NCBI RefSeq assembly: GCF_009914755.1
Contig: NC_060945.1
Source: the human T2T-CHM13v2.0 reference genome, Homo sapiens
Direction: 5' to 3' (one strand)
Length of the DNA: 64,000 nt
In this document: positions 40,701-54,800 of the stretch, piece by piece
Layout: the number at the start of each line of letters is the position of its first letter
Position numbering within the stretch: the stretch's first letter is position 1
Translations under genes and position numbers: made by a program
The notes under the pieces: model-generated
The model's input: only the letters and a program-made list of their open reading frames with translations
Database searches by the model: none
Told to the model about the DNA's origin: nothing

Positions 40701-41990
40701 TAGGCCACAAAGGTCTCCAAATATCCACTTGCAGATTCTACAAAAAGAGAGTTTGAAAACTTCACAATCAAAAGAAAGTTTCAACTCTGTGAGATGAATG
40801 CACACATCACAAGGAAGTTTCTCAGAATGCTTCTGTCTAGTTTATGTGAAGATATTTCCTTTTCCAACAGAGGCTGCAAAACACTCGAAATATCCACTTG
40901 CAGATTCTAAAAAAAGAGTGTTTCAAAACTGCTCAATCAAAAGAAAGACTCAAATCTGTGAGTTGAACACACACAACACAAAGAACTTTGTCAGAATGCT
41001 TCTGTGTAGTTTTTATGTGAAGATATTTCCTTTCCTACCATAAGCCTCAAAGTGCTCCAAATATCCACTTGCACACTCTACAAAAAGAGTGGTTCAAAAC
41101 TGCTCAATCAAAAGAAAGGTTGAACTCTGCGAGATGAATGCACACATCACAAAGAAGTTTCTCAGAATGCTTCTCCGTAGTTTTTATGTGAAGATATATC
41201 CTTTTCCGCAGTAGGCCACAAAGCACTCCAAATATCCACTTGCAGATCCTAAAAAAAGTGTGTTTCAAAACTGCTCAATCAAAAGAAAGGTTCAACTCTG
41301 TGTGTTGAATGCACACATCACAAACCAATTTCTCAGAATGCTTCTGTGTAGTTTTCACGTGAAGATATTTACTTTTCTACCATAGGCCTCAAAACGCTCC
41401 AAGTATCCAATTGGAGATTCTACAAAAAGAGTGCTTCAAAACTGCTCAATCAAAAGAAAGCTTCAACTCTGTGAGATGAAGGCACACATGACAAAGAAGT
41501 TTCTCAGAATGCTGTTGTCTAGTTTTTATGTGAAGATATTGCCTTTTCCACTTAAGGCCACATAGCGCTCCAAATATCCACTTACAGATTCTACAAAAGG
41601 AGTCTTTCAAAACTGCTCAATCAAAAGAAGGATTGCACTCTTTGAGTTAAATGCACACATCACAAAGAAGTTTCTCAGAATGCTTCTATGTACTATTTAT
41701 GTGAAGATATTTCCTTTTCCACCGTAGGCCTCAAAGCGTTCCAAAAATCCACTGGCAGATTTTACAAAAAGAGTGTTTCAAAACTGTTGAATCTAAAGAA
41801 AGGTTGAACTCTGTGGGTTGAATGCACACATCACAAAGAAGTTTCTCAGAATGATTCTGTCTAAATTTTATGTGAAAATATTCCATTTTCCACCATAGGC
41901 CTCGATGTGCTCCAAATATCCACTTGCAGATTCTACAAAAAGAGTGTTTCCAAACTGCTCAACCAAAAGAACGGTTCAACTCTGTGAGAT
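37781..41990 (-). repeat. Alpha satellite, reverse orientation, 171-bp-type layer
   Basis: ttttccaccatagg..ctccaaatatccacttgcag..gagtgtttcaaaactgc. Boundaries are approximate. Confidence 0.9.
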
Positions 41991-44750
41991 GAAACCACAT
42001 ATCATAAAGAAGTTTCTCAGAAATTTTCTGTCTAGTTTTTTTGTGAGAATATTTCCTATTTCATCCATAGGCATCAATGGTCTGAGAAATATCCCTTCAC
42101 AGATTCTACATAAGGACTGTTTCCAAACTGCTGAATCGAAAGAAATGTTCAACTCTTTGTGATGAATGTGCACATCACAAAGAAGTTTCTCAGAATGATT
42201 CTATCTAGTTTTTATGTGAAGATATTTCATTTTCCACTATAGGCCACAAAGGACTCCAAATATCCACTTGCAGATTCCCCATAAAGAGTGTTTCCAAACT
42301 GCTCAATCAAAGGAAATTTACAACTCTGTGAGATGAAAGAACACATCATAAAGAAGTTTCTCAGAAAGCTCCTGTCTAGTTTTTATGTGAAGATATTTTA
42401 TGTTTCACCATAGTCCAGAAGGTGCTCAAAAATAGCCCTTTGCAGATTCTACACAAAGACTGTTTCCAAACTTCTGAACCAAAATAAAGGTTCAACTCTG
42501 TGAGATGAAAGCACATATCTCAAAGAAGTTTCTCAGAAACGTTCTGTCTGGTTTTTATGAGAAGTTATTTCCTATTTCACCATAGGCCTCAATGGGCTGA
42601 GAAATATCCCTTTACAGATACTGCAAAAGGACTATTTCCAAACTGCTCAATCCAAAGAAAGTTTCACCTCTTTGAGTTGAATGCATACATCACAAAGAAG
42701 TTTCTCAGAATGCTTCTGCCTAGTTTTTATGTGAAGATATTTCCTTTTTCACCATAGGCCTTAAACTGCTCTCAGATATCCCTCTGCAGATACTACAAAA
42801 AGACTGTCTCCAAACTGCTCCATCAAAAGTAAAGTTCAACTCTCTGAGATGAAAGGATACCTCTCAAAGAAGTTTCTCAGAATACTTTTGTCTAGTTTTT
42901 ATGTGAAGATATTTCTTTTTTGATATAGGCCTCCAACTTCTCAGAAATATCCCATTCCAGATTGTACAAAAAGATTGTTTCCAAACTGCTCAATGAAAAG
43001 AAACGTTCAACTCTGTGAGATGTATGCATGCATCAAAAAGAAGTTTCTCAGAAAGCTTCTGTTTATATTTCATGTGAAGGTATTTCCTTTTTCACCATAA
43101 GCCTCAAAGCACTCCAAATATCCATTTGCAGATTCTACAAAAAGACTGTTTCCAAACTGATCAATCAAAAGAAAGTTTCAAATCTGTGACATGAAAGCAC
43201 ACATCACTAAGAAGTTTATCAGAAAGCTTCTGTCTAGTTTTTATGTGAAGATATGTCCTTTTTCACCATAGGCATCAATGGGAACAGAAATATCCCTTTG
43301 CAGATCCTACAAAAAGACTGTTTCCAAACTGCTCAATCAAAGGAATGGTTCAACTCTGTGAGATGAAACCACATATCACAAAGAAGTTTCTCAGAAATCC
43401 TCTGTCTAGTTTTTATGTGAAGATATTTCCTATTTCATCCATAGGCCTCAATGGGCTCAGAAATATACCTTCACAGATTCTACAAAACGACAGTTTCCAA
43501 ACTGCTCAATCCAAAGACAGCTTCAACTCTTTGAGATGAATGCACACAATACAAAGAAGTTTCTTAGAATGCTTCTACCTAGTTTTTATGTGAAGATATT
43601 TCCTTTTTCACCACAGGCCTTAAACTGCTCTCACATATCCCTCTTCAGATACTACAAAAAGATTGTTTCCAGACTGCTCCATCAAAAGAAAAGTTCAAAT
43701 CTGTAAGATGAATAGATACATCACAAAAAATTTTCTCAGAATACTTCTGTCTACATTTTATCTGAAGATATTTCTTTTTCACCATAGGCCTCCAACTTCG
43801 CAGAAATTTCCTTTGCAGACTGTACAAAAAGACTGTTTCCAAACTGCTCAATGAAAAGAAAGTTTCACCTCTGTGAGATGTATGAACTCATAAAAAAGAA
43901 GTTTCTCAGAAAGCTTCTGTTTAGATTCCATGTGAAGATATGTCCTTTTTCACCATAGGCATCAAAGCGCTTGACATATCCTTTGCAGATTCTACAAAAA
44001 CACTGTTTCCAAACTGCTCAATCAAAAGAAAGGTTCAAACATGTGAGATGAGAGCACACATCACTAAGAAGTTTCTCAGAATGCTTCTGTCTAGTTTTTA
44101 AGTGAAGATATTTCTTCTTTCACCATAGGTCTCAATGGGCTCAGAAATATCCCTTTGCAGATCCTACAAAAGGACTGTTTCCAAACTGCTCAATCAAAAT
44201 AAAGTTTCAACTCTGTCAGTTGAATGCACACATCACAAAGCAGTTTCTCAGAATCTTCTGACTAGGTTTTATATGAAGATATTTCCTTTCTCACCAAAGT
44301 CCTCAAAATGCTCACAAATATCTCTCTGCAGATACTATAAAAGACTGTTTCCAAACTGCTCAATCAAAAGAAAGGTTCAACTCTGTGAGATGAATGCACA
44401 CATCACAAAGATGTTTCCAGAATGCTTCTGTCTGGTTGTTATGTGAAGATATTTCCTTTTTCACCACAGGCCTCAAAGCACTCCAAATATCCATTTGCAG
44501 ATCCTACAAAAAGAGAGTTTCCAAATTGCTCAATCAAAAGGTAGTTTCATCTCTGTGAGATGAAAACACACATCCCAAAGAAGTTTCTCAGAAAGCTTCT
44601 GTTTATTTTTTATGTGAAGATATTTCCTAATTCACCATAGGCCTAAATCGGCTAAGAAGTATCCCTTTGCAGATTGTAGAAAAATACTGTTTCCAAACTG
44701 CTGAATCAAAAGAAAAGTTGAACAGTGTGAGATGAATGCACACATCACAA
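41991..44750 (-). repeat. Alpha satellite, reverse orientation, island of mixed/172-bp-type monomers
   Basis: tttcctatttcaccataggcctcaatgggctcagaaatatccc and actgtttccaaac, i.e. the reverse complement of motifs typical of 17.6-28.8 kb. Boundaries are approximate. Confidence 0.88.
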
Positions 44751-47700
44751 AGAAGATTCTCAGAATGCTTCTGTCTAGTTTTTATGTGAAGATATTTGCT
44801 TTTCCATCATAGGCCACAATGGTCACCAAATATCCACTTGCAGATTTTACAAAAATAGTGTTTCAAAACTGCCCAATCTAAAGAAAGGTTCAACTCTGTA
44901 CGTTGAATGCACACATCACAAAGAAGTTTCTCAGAATGCTTCTGTCTACCTTTTATCCAAAGTTATTTCCTTTTCCACTATACTCGGCAAAGCCCTCCGA
45001 ATATCCACTTGCAGATTCTACAAAAGAAGTGTTTCAAAATTGCACAATCAAAAGAAAGGTTCAACTCTGGGAGTTGTATGCGCACATCAGAAAGTAGTTT
45101 CTCAGAATGCTTTTATGTAGTTTTTATGTGAAGATATTTTCTTTTCCACCATAGGCCCTAAAGCTCTCCAAATATCCACTTTCAGATTATACAAAAAGAG
45201 GGATTCAAAACTGCTCAATCAAAAGAAAGGTTCAACTCTGTGAGCTGAAGGCACACATAACAAAGCCGTTTCTCAGAATGCTTCTCCGTAGTTTTTATAT
45301 GAAGATATTTCCATTTCCACCATTCTCTCCAAAACGCTCCAAATATCCACTTGCATATTCTATAAAAAGAGTGTTTCAAAACTGCTCAATGAAAAGAAAG
45401 TTTCAACTCTGTGAAGTGAATGGACACATCACAAAGACATTTCTCAGAATGCTTCTGTCTAGTGTTTATGTGAAGATATTTCCTTTTCCACCACACGTCT
45501 CAAAGCGATCTAAATATGCACTTGCAGATTCTAGGAAGAGTGCTTCAAAACTGCTGAATCAAAAGAATGGTTCAAATCTGTGAGATGAACGAACACATCA
45601 CAAAGAATTTGCTCAAAATGCTTCTATCTAGTTTTTATGAGAAGATAATCCTTTTCCACCATTGGCCCCAATGGGCTCCAAATATCAACTGCAGATACTA
45701 CAAAAAGTGTTTAAAAAATGCTGAATCAATAGAAAGTTTCAACTCCATGAGATGTATGCACACATAAAAAAGAAGTTTCTCAGAATGCTTCTCTCTAGTT
45801 TTTATGTGAGGATATTTCCTTCTCCACCATAGGACTCAATGCACTCCAAATATCCACTGGCAGATTCTAGAAAAAGAGCGTTTCAAAACTGCTCAATCAA
45901 AAGAAATTTTCAAATTTGTGAGATGAATGCGCACATCACAAAGAAGTTTCTCAGAGTAATTCTGTCTAGTTTTTATGTGAAGATTTTTCATTTTCCACCA
46001 TACTCATCAAAGCGGTCCAAATATCCACTTGCACATTCTACAAAGAGAGTGTTTCAAAACTGCTCATTCAAAAGAATGGTTCAACTATGTGAGATGAATG
46101 CATACATCACAAAGAGGTATTTCAGAATGCTTCTGTGTCGTTTTTATGTGAAGATGTTTCCCCTTACCACCATAGGACGCAAAGCTCTCCAAATATCCAC
46201 TTACAGATACTCCAAAAAGAGTATTTCAAAAGTGCTCAATCAAAAGAAAGGTTGAACTCTTTCAAATGAAGGCACACATCACAAAGAAGTTTTTCAGAAT
46301 GCTTCTGTCTAGTTTTTATGTGAATATACATCGTTTTCCACTATAGGCCACAAAGTGCTCCAAACACCCACTTGAAGATTCTACAAAAAGAGTGTTTCAA
46401 ACGTCCTCAATAAAAAAAGTTACAACTCTGTGAGGTGAATGCACACATCACAAAGAAGATTCTCAGAATGCTTCTGTCTACTTTTTATGTGAAGGTATTT
46501 AATTTTCCACCATTGGACGCAAATCACACCAAATATACACTTGCAGATTTTACAAAAATAGAGTTTCAAAACTGCTCAATCAAAAGAAAGGTTCAACTCT
46601 GTGAGTTGAATGCACACATCACAAAGAAGTATCTCAGAATGCTTCTGTTTAGCTTTATGCAAAGTTATTTCCTTTGCCACTATAGTCTGCGAAGCCCTCC
46701 GAGTATCTACTTGCAGTTTCTACAAAAAGAGTGTTTCAAAATTGCACAATCAAAAGAAATGTTCAACTCTGTGAGTTGTATGCACACATCACATAGAAGT
46801 TTTTCAGAGTGCTTTTTTATAGTTTTTATGTGAAGAAATTTCCTTTTCACCATAGGCCCCAAAGTGCTCCAAATATACACTAGCAGATTCTACAAAAAGA
46901 GGGATTCAAAACTGCTCAATCAAAAGAAAGGTTGAACTCTGTGAGTTGAATGCACACATCACAAAGACGTTTCTCAGAAAGCTTCTGTGTAGTTTTTATG
47001 TGAAGGTATTTCCTTTTACACCATTGACCACAAAGGGCTCCAAATATTCACTTGCAGATTCTACATAAAGAGAGTTTCAAAACTCGTCTATCAAAAGATA
47101 GGTACAACTCTGAGTTCAATACACACATCTCAAAGAAGTTTCTCAGAATGCTTCTGTTTAGTTTTTATGTGAAGATATTTCCATTTCTACAATAGGCCTC
47201 AAAGCGCTCCAAGTATCCGCTTGTAGATTTTACTAAAAGAGTGTTTCCAAACTGCTCAATCAAAAGAAAGTTACAAATCTGTGAGGTGAATGAACAAATC
47301 ACACAGATGTTTCTCAGAATGCTTCTGTGTAGTTTTTAAGTGAAGACATTTCCTTTTCCAGAATAGGTCCTAAGCACTAAAAATATCCACTTGCAGATTC
47401 TACAAATAGTGGGTTTCAAAACTTCTCAATCAAAAGAAATGTTCACCACAGTGTGTTGAACGAACATGTCGAAAGAAGTTTCTCAAAATGCTTCTGTGTA
47501 GCTTTATGTGAAGATATTTCCTTTTTCACCATAAGCCTCAACGTACTCCAAATATCTACTTGCAGATTCTACAAAAAGTGTGTTTCAAAATTCCTCAATC
47601 AAAAGAAAGTTGATCTCTGTGAGATGCATGCACACATTGCAAAGAAGTTTCTCAGAATGCATCTGTGTTGTTTTTATGTGAAGATATTTTCTTTTCCACA

Positions 47701-50700
47701 GTAGGCCTCAAGGGGCTCCAAATATCCACTTGCAGATTCTACAAAAAGACTGTTTCAAAAATGCTTGGTGAAAAGAAAAGTTCAACTCTCTCAGATGAAT
47801 GCATACATGAAAATGAAGTTTCTCAGAATGCTTCTGTGTAGTTTTTATGTGAAGATATTTTCTTTTCCACCAGAGGACACCAAGGGCTCCAAATATCCAC
47901 TTGCAGATTCTACAAAAAGAGAGATTGGAAACTGTGCAATCAAAAGACAGATTCAAATCTGTGATTTGAATGCACACATCAGAAAGAAGTTTCTCAGAAT
48001 GCTTCTGTGTAGATTTTGTGTGAAGATATAGCCTTTTCCACCATAGGCCTCAATGCGCTCCAAATGTCCAGTTAGAGATACTACAAAAACAGTTTTTGAA
48101 AACTGCTCAATAAAAAGAAAAGTTCAACTCTGTGAGATGAACGCACACATTGCAAAGAAGTTTGTCAGAATGACTCTGTGTTGTTTTCATGTGAATATAT
48201 TTCCTTTTCCATGATAGGCTTCAAAGCACTCCAAATATCCACTTGCAGATCCTTTAAAAAAGAGTGTTTCAAAACTGCTCAAACAAAAGAAAGGTTCAAC
48301 TCTGTGAGATGAATGCACACATCACAATATAGTTTCTCAGAATGCTTCTGTGTAGTTTTTATGTGAAGATATTTCCTTTGCCACAATAGGCCTCAAAGTG
48401 CTCCAAATATCCAACTGCAGATTCTACAGAAAGAGTGTTTCAAAACTGCTGAATCAACAGAAAGGTTCAAATCTGTGAGATGAATGCACACATCACAAAC
48501 CAGTTTCACAGAACGCTTCTCTGTAGATTTTATGTGAAGATATTTCCTTTCTCCACCACAGGCTGCAAAGGGCTCCAAATATACACTTGCTGATTCTACA
48601 AAAAGAGTGCTTCAAAAGTGCTCAATAAAAAGAAATGTTCAACTCTGTGAGATGAATGCACACTTTGCAAAGAAGTTTCTCAGAAGGCTTCTGTGTAGTT
48701 TTTTTGTGAAGATATTTCCTTTTCCAAAATAGGACTCAAAGCCCTCGAAATATCCACTTGCAGAATCTACAAAAAGACTCTTTCAACACTGCTCAATCAA
48801 AAGAAAGCTTCAACTCTGTGAGATGAAGGCACACATCACAAAGGAGTTTCTCAGAATGCTTCCGTGTAGGTTTTATGTGAAGATATTTCCTTTTCCAACA
48901 AAGGACTCAAAAGGCTCCAAATATCCACTTGCAGGTTCTACAAAAATAGTGTTTCTAAACAGGTCAATCAAAAGAAAGGTTCAACACTGTGAGATTAATG
49001 CACGCATCACCAATAAGTTTTTTCAGAATGATTCTGTATAGTTTTTATGTGAAGATATTTCTTTTTCCACCACAGGCAGCAAGGGGCTCTAAATATCCAC
49101 TTGCAGATTCTACAAAAAGAGATTTTCAAAGCTCCTCAATAAAAAGATAAGTTCAACTCTGTGAGCTGAATGCACACATCAAAAAGAAGTTTCTTTGAAT
49201 GCTTCTGTGTAGTTTTTATGTGAAGATATTTCCTTTTCCACCTTAGGCCGCAAAAGGCTCCACATATCCACTTGCAGTTTCTAGAAAGAGAATGTTTCCA
49301 AACTGGTTAATCAAAACAAAGTTTCAACTGTGTGACTTGAAGGCACACATCACAAAGAAGTTCGACAGAATTCTACTGTGTAGTTTCTATGTGAAGGTAT
49401 TTCCTTTGCCACAATAGGCCTCAAAGCACTCCAAATATCCACTTGCAGATTCTACAAAAAGAGTTTTTCAAAAATGCTCTATCAAAGCAAAGGTTCAACT
49501 CTGTTAGATGAATGCACACATCACAAAGAAGTTTCTCAGAATGCTTCTGTATAGTTTTTGTGTGAAGATGTTTCCTTTTCCACCGTAGGCTGCAAAGGGC
49601 TCCAAATATCCACTTGCAGATTCTATGAAAATAGTGCTTCAAAACTGCTCAATCAAAAGACGGGGTCAACACTGTGAGATGAATGCACACGTCACAAAGA
49701 AGTTTTTTCAGAATGCTTCTGTGTAGTTTTTATGTGAAGATATTTCCTTTTACACCACAAGGCAAAACGGGCTCCAAATATCCACTTGCAGATTCTACAA
49801 AGGAAAGATTCAAAACTGCTCAATCCAAAGATAAGTTCAACTCTGTGAGTTGAAGGCACACATCACAAAGAAGTTTCTCAGAATTCTTCTATCTTGTTTT
49901 CATGTAAAGGTATTTCTTTTCAGACCATAGGCCTCAAAGTGCTCCAAATGTCCACTTGCAGATTCTGCAAAAAGAGATTTTCAAAACTGCTCAATCAAAA
50001 GAAAGGATCAACTCTGTGAGATGAGTGCACAGATCACAAAGAAGTTTCTCAGAATGCTTCTCTGTAGTTTTTATGTGAAGATATTTCCTTTTCCACTATA
50101 GGCCTCAAAACGCTCCAAATAACCACTTAGAAATTCTACAAAAAGAGTGTTTTAAAACTGTTCAATCATAAGATTGGTTCAACCAAGTGAGATGAATGCA
50201 CACATCGCAAATAAGTTTCTCAGAATGCTTTTGTGTAGTTTTTATTTGAAGGTATTTCCTTTTCCACCATAGACATCAAAGGGCTCCAAATATCGACTTG
50301 CAGATTCTACCAAAACAGAGATTCAAAACTGCTCAATCAAAAGATAGGTTCAACTCTGTGAGTTGAATGCACACATCACAAATATGTTTCTCAGAATGCT
50401 TCTGTATAGTTTTAATTTGATGATATTTCCTTTTCCACATTAGGACTCAAAGCTCTCCAAATATCCACTTGCAGATTCTGCTAAAAGAGAGATTCAAAAC
50501 TGCTCAATCAAAATACAGGATTAACTCCATGAGTTGAATGCACACATCACAAAGAAGTTTCTCAGAATACTTCTGTGTAGTTTTTATGTGAAGATATTTC
50601 CTTCACCACAGTAGACCCCAAACCACTCCAAGTATCCACTTGCAGATTCTACGAAAAGAGTGTTTTAAAACTGCTCAATCAAAAGATAGGTTCAACTCTG

Positions 50701-51820
50701 TGAGTTGAATGCACACATCACAAAGAAGTTTCTCCGAATGATTCTGCATAGTTTTTATGCGAAGATATTACCTTTTCAACAATAGGCTTCAAATCCCTCC
50801 AAATACCCACTTGCAGATTCTAAAAAAAGAGTGTTTCAAAACTACACAATCAAAAGAAAGTTTCAACTCTGGAAGATGTATGCACACATCACAAAGAAGT
50901 TTCTCAGAATGCTTCTATGTAGTTTTTATGTGAAGATATTTGGTTTTCCACATTAGGCCTCAAGGCGCTCCAAATATCCACTTGCATTAGCTGAAAAAAC
51001 GTGTATCAAAACTGCTCAATCAAAAGAAAAGATCAACAAAGTGAGATGAATGCATACATAACAAAGAAGTTTCTCAGAATGCTTCTGTGTAGTTTTTGTG
51101 TGAAGATATTTCCTTTTCTACCATAGGCCTCAAAGTGGCCCAAGTATCCACCTTCAGATTCTACAATAAGAGTGTTTCAAAACCGCTCAATCATAACATA
51201 GTTTCAACACTGTGAGATGAATGCACACATCACAAATGTTTCTCAGAATGCTTCTGTGTAATTTTTATTTGAAGATATTTCCTTTTCCAGCATCGGCCTC
51301 CAAGGTCTCCAAATATCCACTTTCAGATTCTTCAAACAGAGAGATTCAAAACTGCTTAATCAAAAGATAAGTTCCACTCTGTGAGGTGAATGCACACATC
51401 ACAAAGAAGTTTCTCAGAATGTTTCTGTGTAGTTTTTATAGGAAGATATTTGGTTTTCCACAATAGGCCTCAAATCGCTCCAAATATCCACTTGCAGATA
51501 CTACAAAAAGCATGTTTCAAAAACTCTCAATCAAAAGAAAGGTTCAACTCTGTGAGATGAATGCACACATCACCAAGAAGTTTCTCAGAATGCTTCTGTG
51601 TAGTTTTTATGTGAAGATATTTGCTTTTCCACAGTAGGCCTGAAAGTGCTCCCAGTATCCCACTTGCAGACACCTCAAAAACAGTGTTTCAAGAGTACTC
51701 AATCAAAACAAAGGATAAACCCTGTCAGATGAAGGCACTCATCACAAAGAAGGCTCTCAGAATGCTTCTATGTAGTTTTTATGTGAAAATATTTCCTTTT
51801 CCACAATAGGTCCCAAAGAG
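44751..51820 (-). repeat. Alpha satellite, reverse orientation, 171-bp-type layer
   Basis: aatatccacttgcag, cagaatgcttctgtgtag, frequent aagggctcc and gagattcaaaac variants. Boundaries are approximate. Confidence 0.9.
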
Positions 51821-54800
51821 CTCCAAATGTCCACTTGCAGATTCTACAAAAAGAGTGTTTCAAAACTGCCCAATCAAAAGAAAGTTTCAATTCTGTGAGA
51901 TGAATGCACACATCACAAAGAAGTTTCTCAGAATGCTTCTGTCTAGTTATTATATGAAGATAGTTCGTTATCCACCAAAGGCCTCAAAGCGCTTCAAAGG
52001 TAAACTTGCAGATTCCACAAAAACAGTGTTCCAAAACTGCTCAAAGCAAAGTAAGTTTCAACTCAGTGGGATGAATGCACACATCAAAAAGCCATTTGTC
52101 AGAATTTTTCCGTCTGGTTTTTATGTGATGATATTTTTTTTTTCCACCATAAGCCTCAAAGCGCTTCAAATGTCCACTTGCAGATTCTATAAAAAGAGAG
52201 TTTCAAAACTCCTCAATCAAAACAAAGTTTTAACTCTGTGAGGTGAATGCACACATCACAAAGAAGTTTCTCAGATTGCTTCTGTCTAGATTTCATATGA
52301 AGATATTTCCTTTTCCACCATAGGCCTCAAAGTGCTCCAAAAGTCCACTTCCAGATTCTGCAAAAGGAGTGTTTCCAAACAGCTCAATCAAAAGGAATGT
52401 TCAACTCTGTGAGATGAATTGACACATCACAAAGAAGTTTCTCAGAATTCTTCTGTCTATTTTTTATGTGAAGGTATTTCCTTTTCTACCAGAGGCCACA
52501 AAGCGCTCCAAATGTCCACTTGCAATTTCTACAAAAAGAGTATTACCAAACTACTTAATCAAAAAAAAAGGCTCAACTGTGTGAGATGAACACACATATC
52601 ACGAAGAAGTTTCTCAGAATTCTTCTGTCTAGTTTTTATGTGAAGATATTTACTTTTCCACCATAGGCCTCAAAGCGCTCCAAATGTCCACTTGCAGATC
52701 CTACAAAAAGAGAGTTTCAATACTGCTCAATCAAAAGAAAAGTTTAACTCTGTGAGATGAATGCACAGATCACAAAGAATTTTCTCAGATTGCTTATGTC
52801 TAGATTTTATGTGAAGATATTTCCTTTTCTAAAATAGGCCACAAACCGCTCAAAATGTCCACTTGCAGATTCTACAAAAAGTGTTTCCAAACTGCTCAAT
52901 CAAAAGAAATGTTCAACTCTGTGAGATGAACGCACACATCACAAAGAAGTTTCTCAGAATTCTTCTGTCTTGTTTTTATGTGAAGATATTTACTTTTCCA
53001 CCATAGGCCTCAAAGCGCTCCAAATGTCCACTTGCAGATCCTACAAAAAGAGAGTTTACGTACTGCTCAATCAAAAGAAATGTTTAACTCTCTGAGATGA
53101 ATGCACACATCACAAAGAAGTTTCTCAGATTGATTCTGTCTAGATTTTATGTGAAGTTATTTCCTTTTCTACCATAGGCCGCAAGTGCTCCAAATGTCCG
53201 CTTGCAGATTCTACAAAAAGTGTGTTTCCAAGCTGCTCAATGAAAGGAAAGCTTCAACTCGATGAAGGCACAAATCACAAAGAAGTTTCCCAGAATGCTT
53301 TTGTCTAGTTTTTATGTGAAGATATTTCCTTTTCCACCATAGGCTTCAAAGCCTTCCAAATGACCACTTTCAGATTCCACAAAAAGAGAGTTTCAAAACT
53401 GCTCTATCAAAAGAAAGGAATAACTCTGTGAGATGAATGCACACATCAGAAGGAAGTTTTTCAGATTGCTTCTGCTTTGATTTTATGTGAAGATATTTCC
53501 TTTTCTAAAATAAGCCACAATGTGCTCCAAACATCCACATGCAGATTCTACAAAAAGATTGTTTCCAAACTGCTCAATGAAAAGAAAGGTTAAACTCTGT
53601 GAGATGAACGAACACATCACAAAGAAGTTTTTCAGAATTCTTCTGTCTAGTTTTTGTGAAGATATTTCCTTTTCCACCATAGGCCTCAAAGCTCTCCAAA
53701 TGTCCACTTCCAGATTCTACAAAAGGAGTGTTTCCAAACTGCTCAATCAAAAGAACGGTTCAACTCTGTGAGATGAAGACACACATCATGAAGAAGTTTC
53801 TCAGAATTCTTCTGTCTAGATTTTATGTGAAAATATTTCCTTTTCCAACATAGGCCTCAAAGTGTTCCAAATAACCACTTGCAGATTCTACAAAAAGAGA
53901 ATTTCAAAACTGCCTAATCAAAAGAAAGGTTTAACTCTGTGAGATGAATGCACACATCATAAAAAGTTGCTCAGATTGCTTCTGTCTAGATTTTATATGA
54001 AGATATTTCCTTTTCTTCCATAGGCCACAAAGCATTCCAAATGTCCACTTCCAGATTCTACAAAAACAGTCTTTCCAAACTGCTGAATTAAAAGAATTGT
54101 TCTACTCTTTGAGATGAACACACACATCACAAAAATGTTTGTCAGAATTCTTCTGTCTAGTTTTTATGTGAAGATATTGCCTTTTCCACCATGGGCCTCA
54201 AAGCACTCCAAATGTCCACTTGCAGATTCTACAAAAAAAGAGAGTTTCAAAACTGCTCTATCAAAAGAAAGGTTTAACTCAGTGACATGAATGCACACAT
54301 CACAAAGAAATTTCACAGATTACTTCTGCCTAGATTTTATTGGAAGATATTTCCTTTTTTATAATAGGCCGCAAAGCACACCAAATGTCCACTTGCAGAT
54401 TCTGCGCAAAGAGTATTTCCAAACTGCTCAATCAAAAGAAAAGTTCAACTCTGTGAGATGAATGAACACATCATAAAGATGTTTCTCAGAATTCTTCTGT
54501 CTAGTTTTTATGTGAAGATATTTCCTTTTCCACTGTAGGCCTCAAAGAGCTCCAAATATCCACTTGCAGATTCTACAAAAAGACAGTTTCAAAACTGCTC
54601 AATCAAAAGAAAGTTTCGACTCTGTGAAATGAATGAACAGATCACAAAGAAGTTTCTCAGATTGCTTCTGTCTAGATTTTATGTGAAGATATTTCCTTTT
54701 CTAACATAGGACACAAAGCGCTCCAAGTGTCAACTTGCAGACTCTACAAAAAGAGTGTTTCCAACCTGCTCAATCAAAAATAGTTCATCTCTGTGAGATG

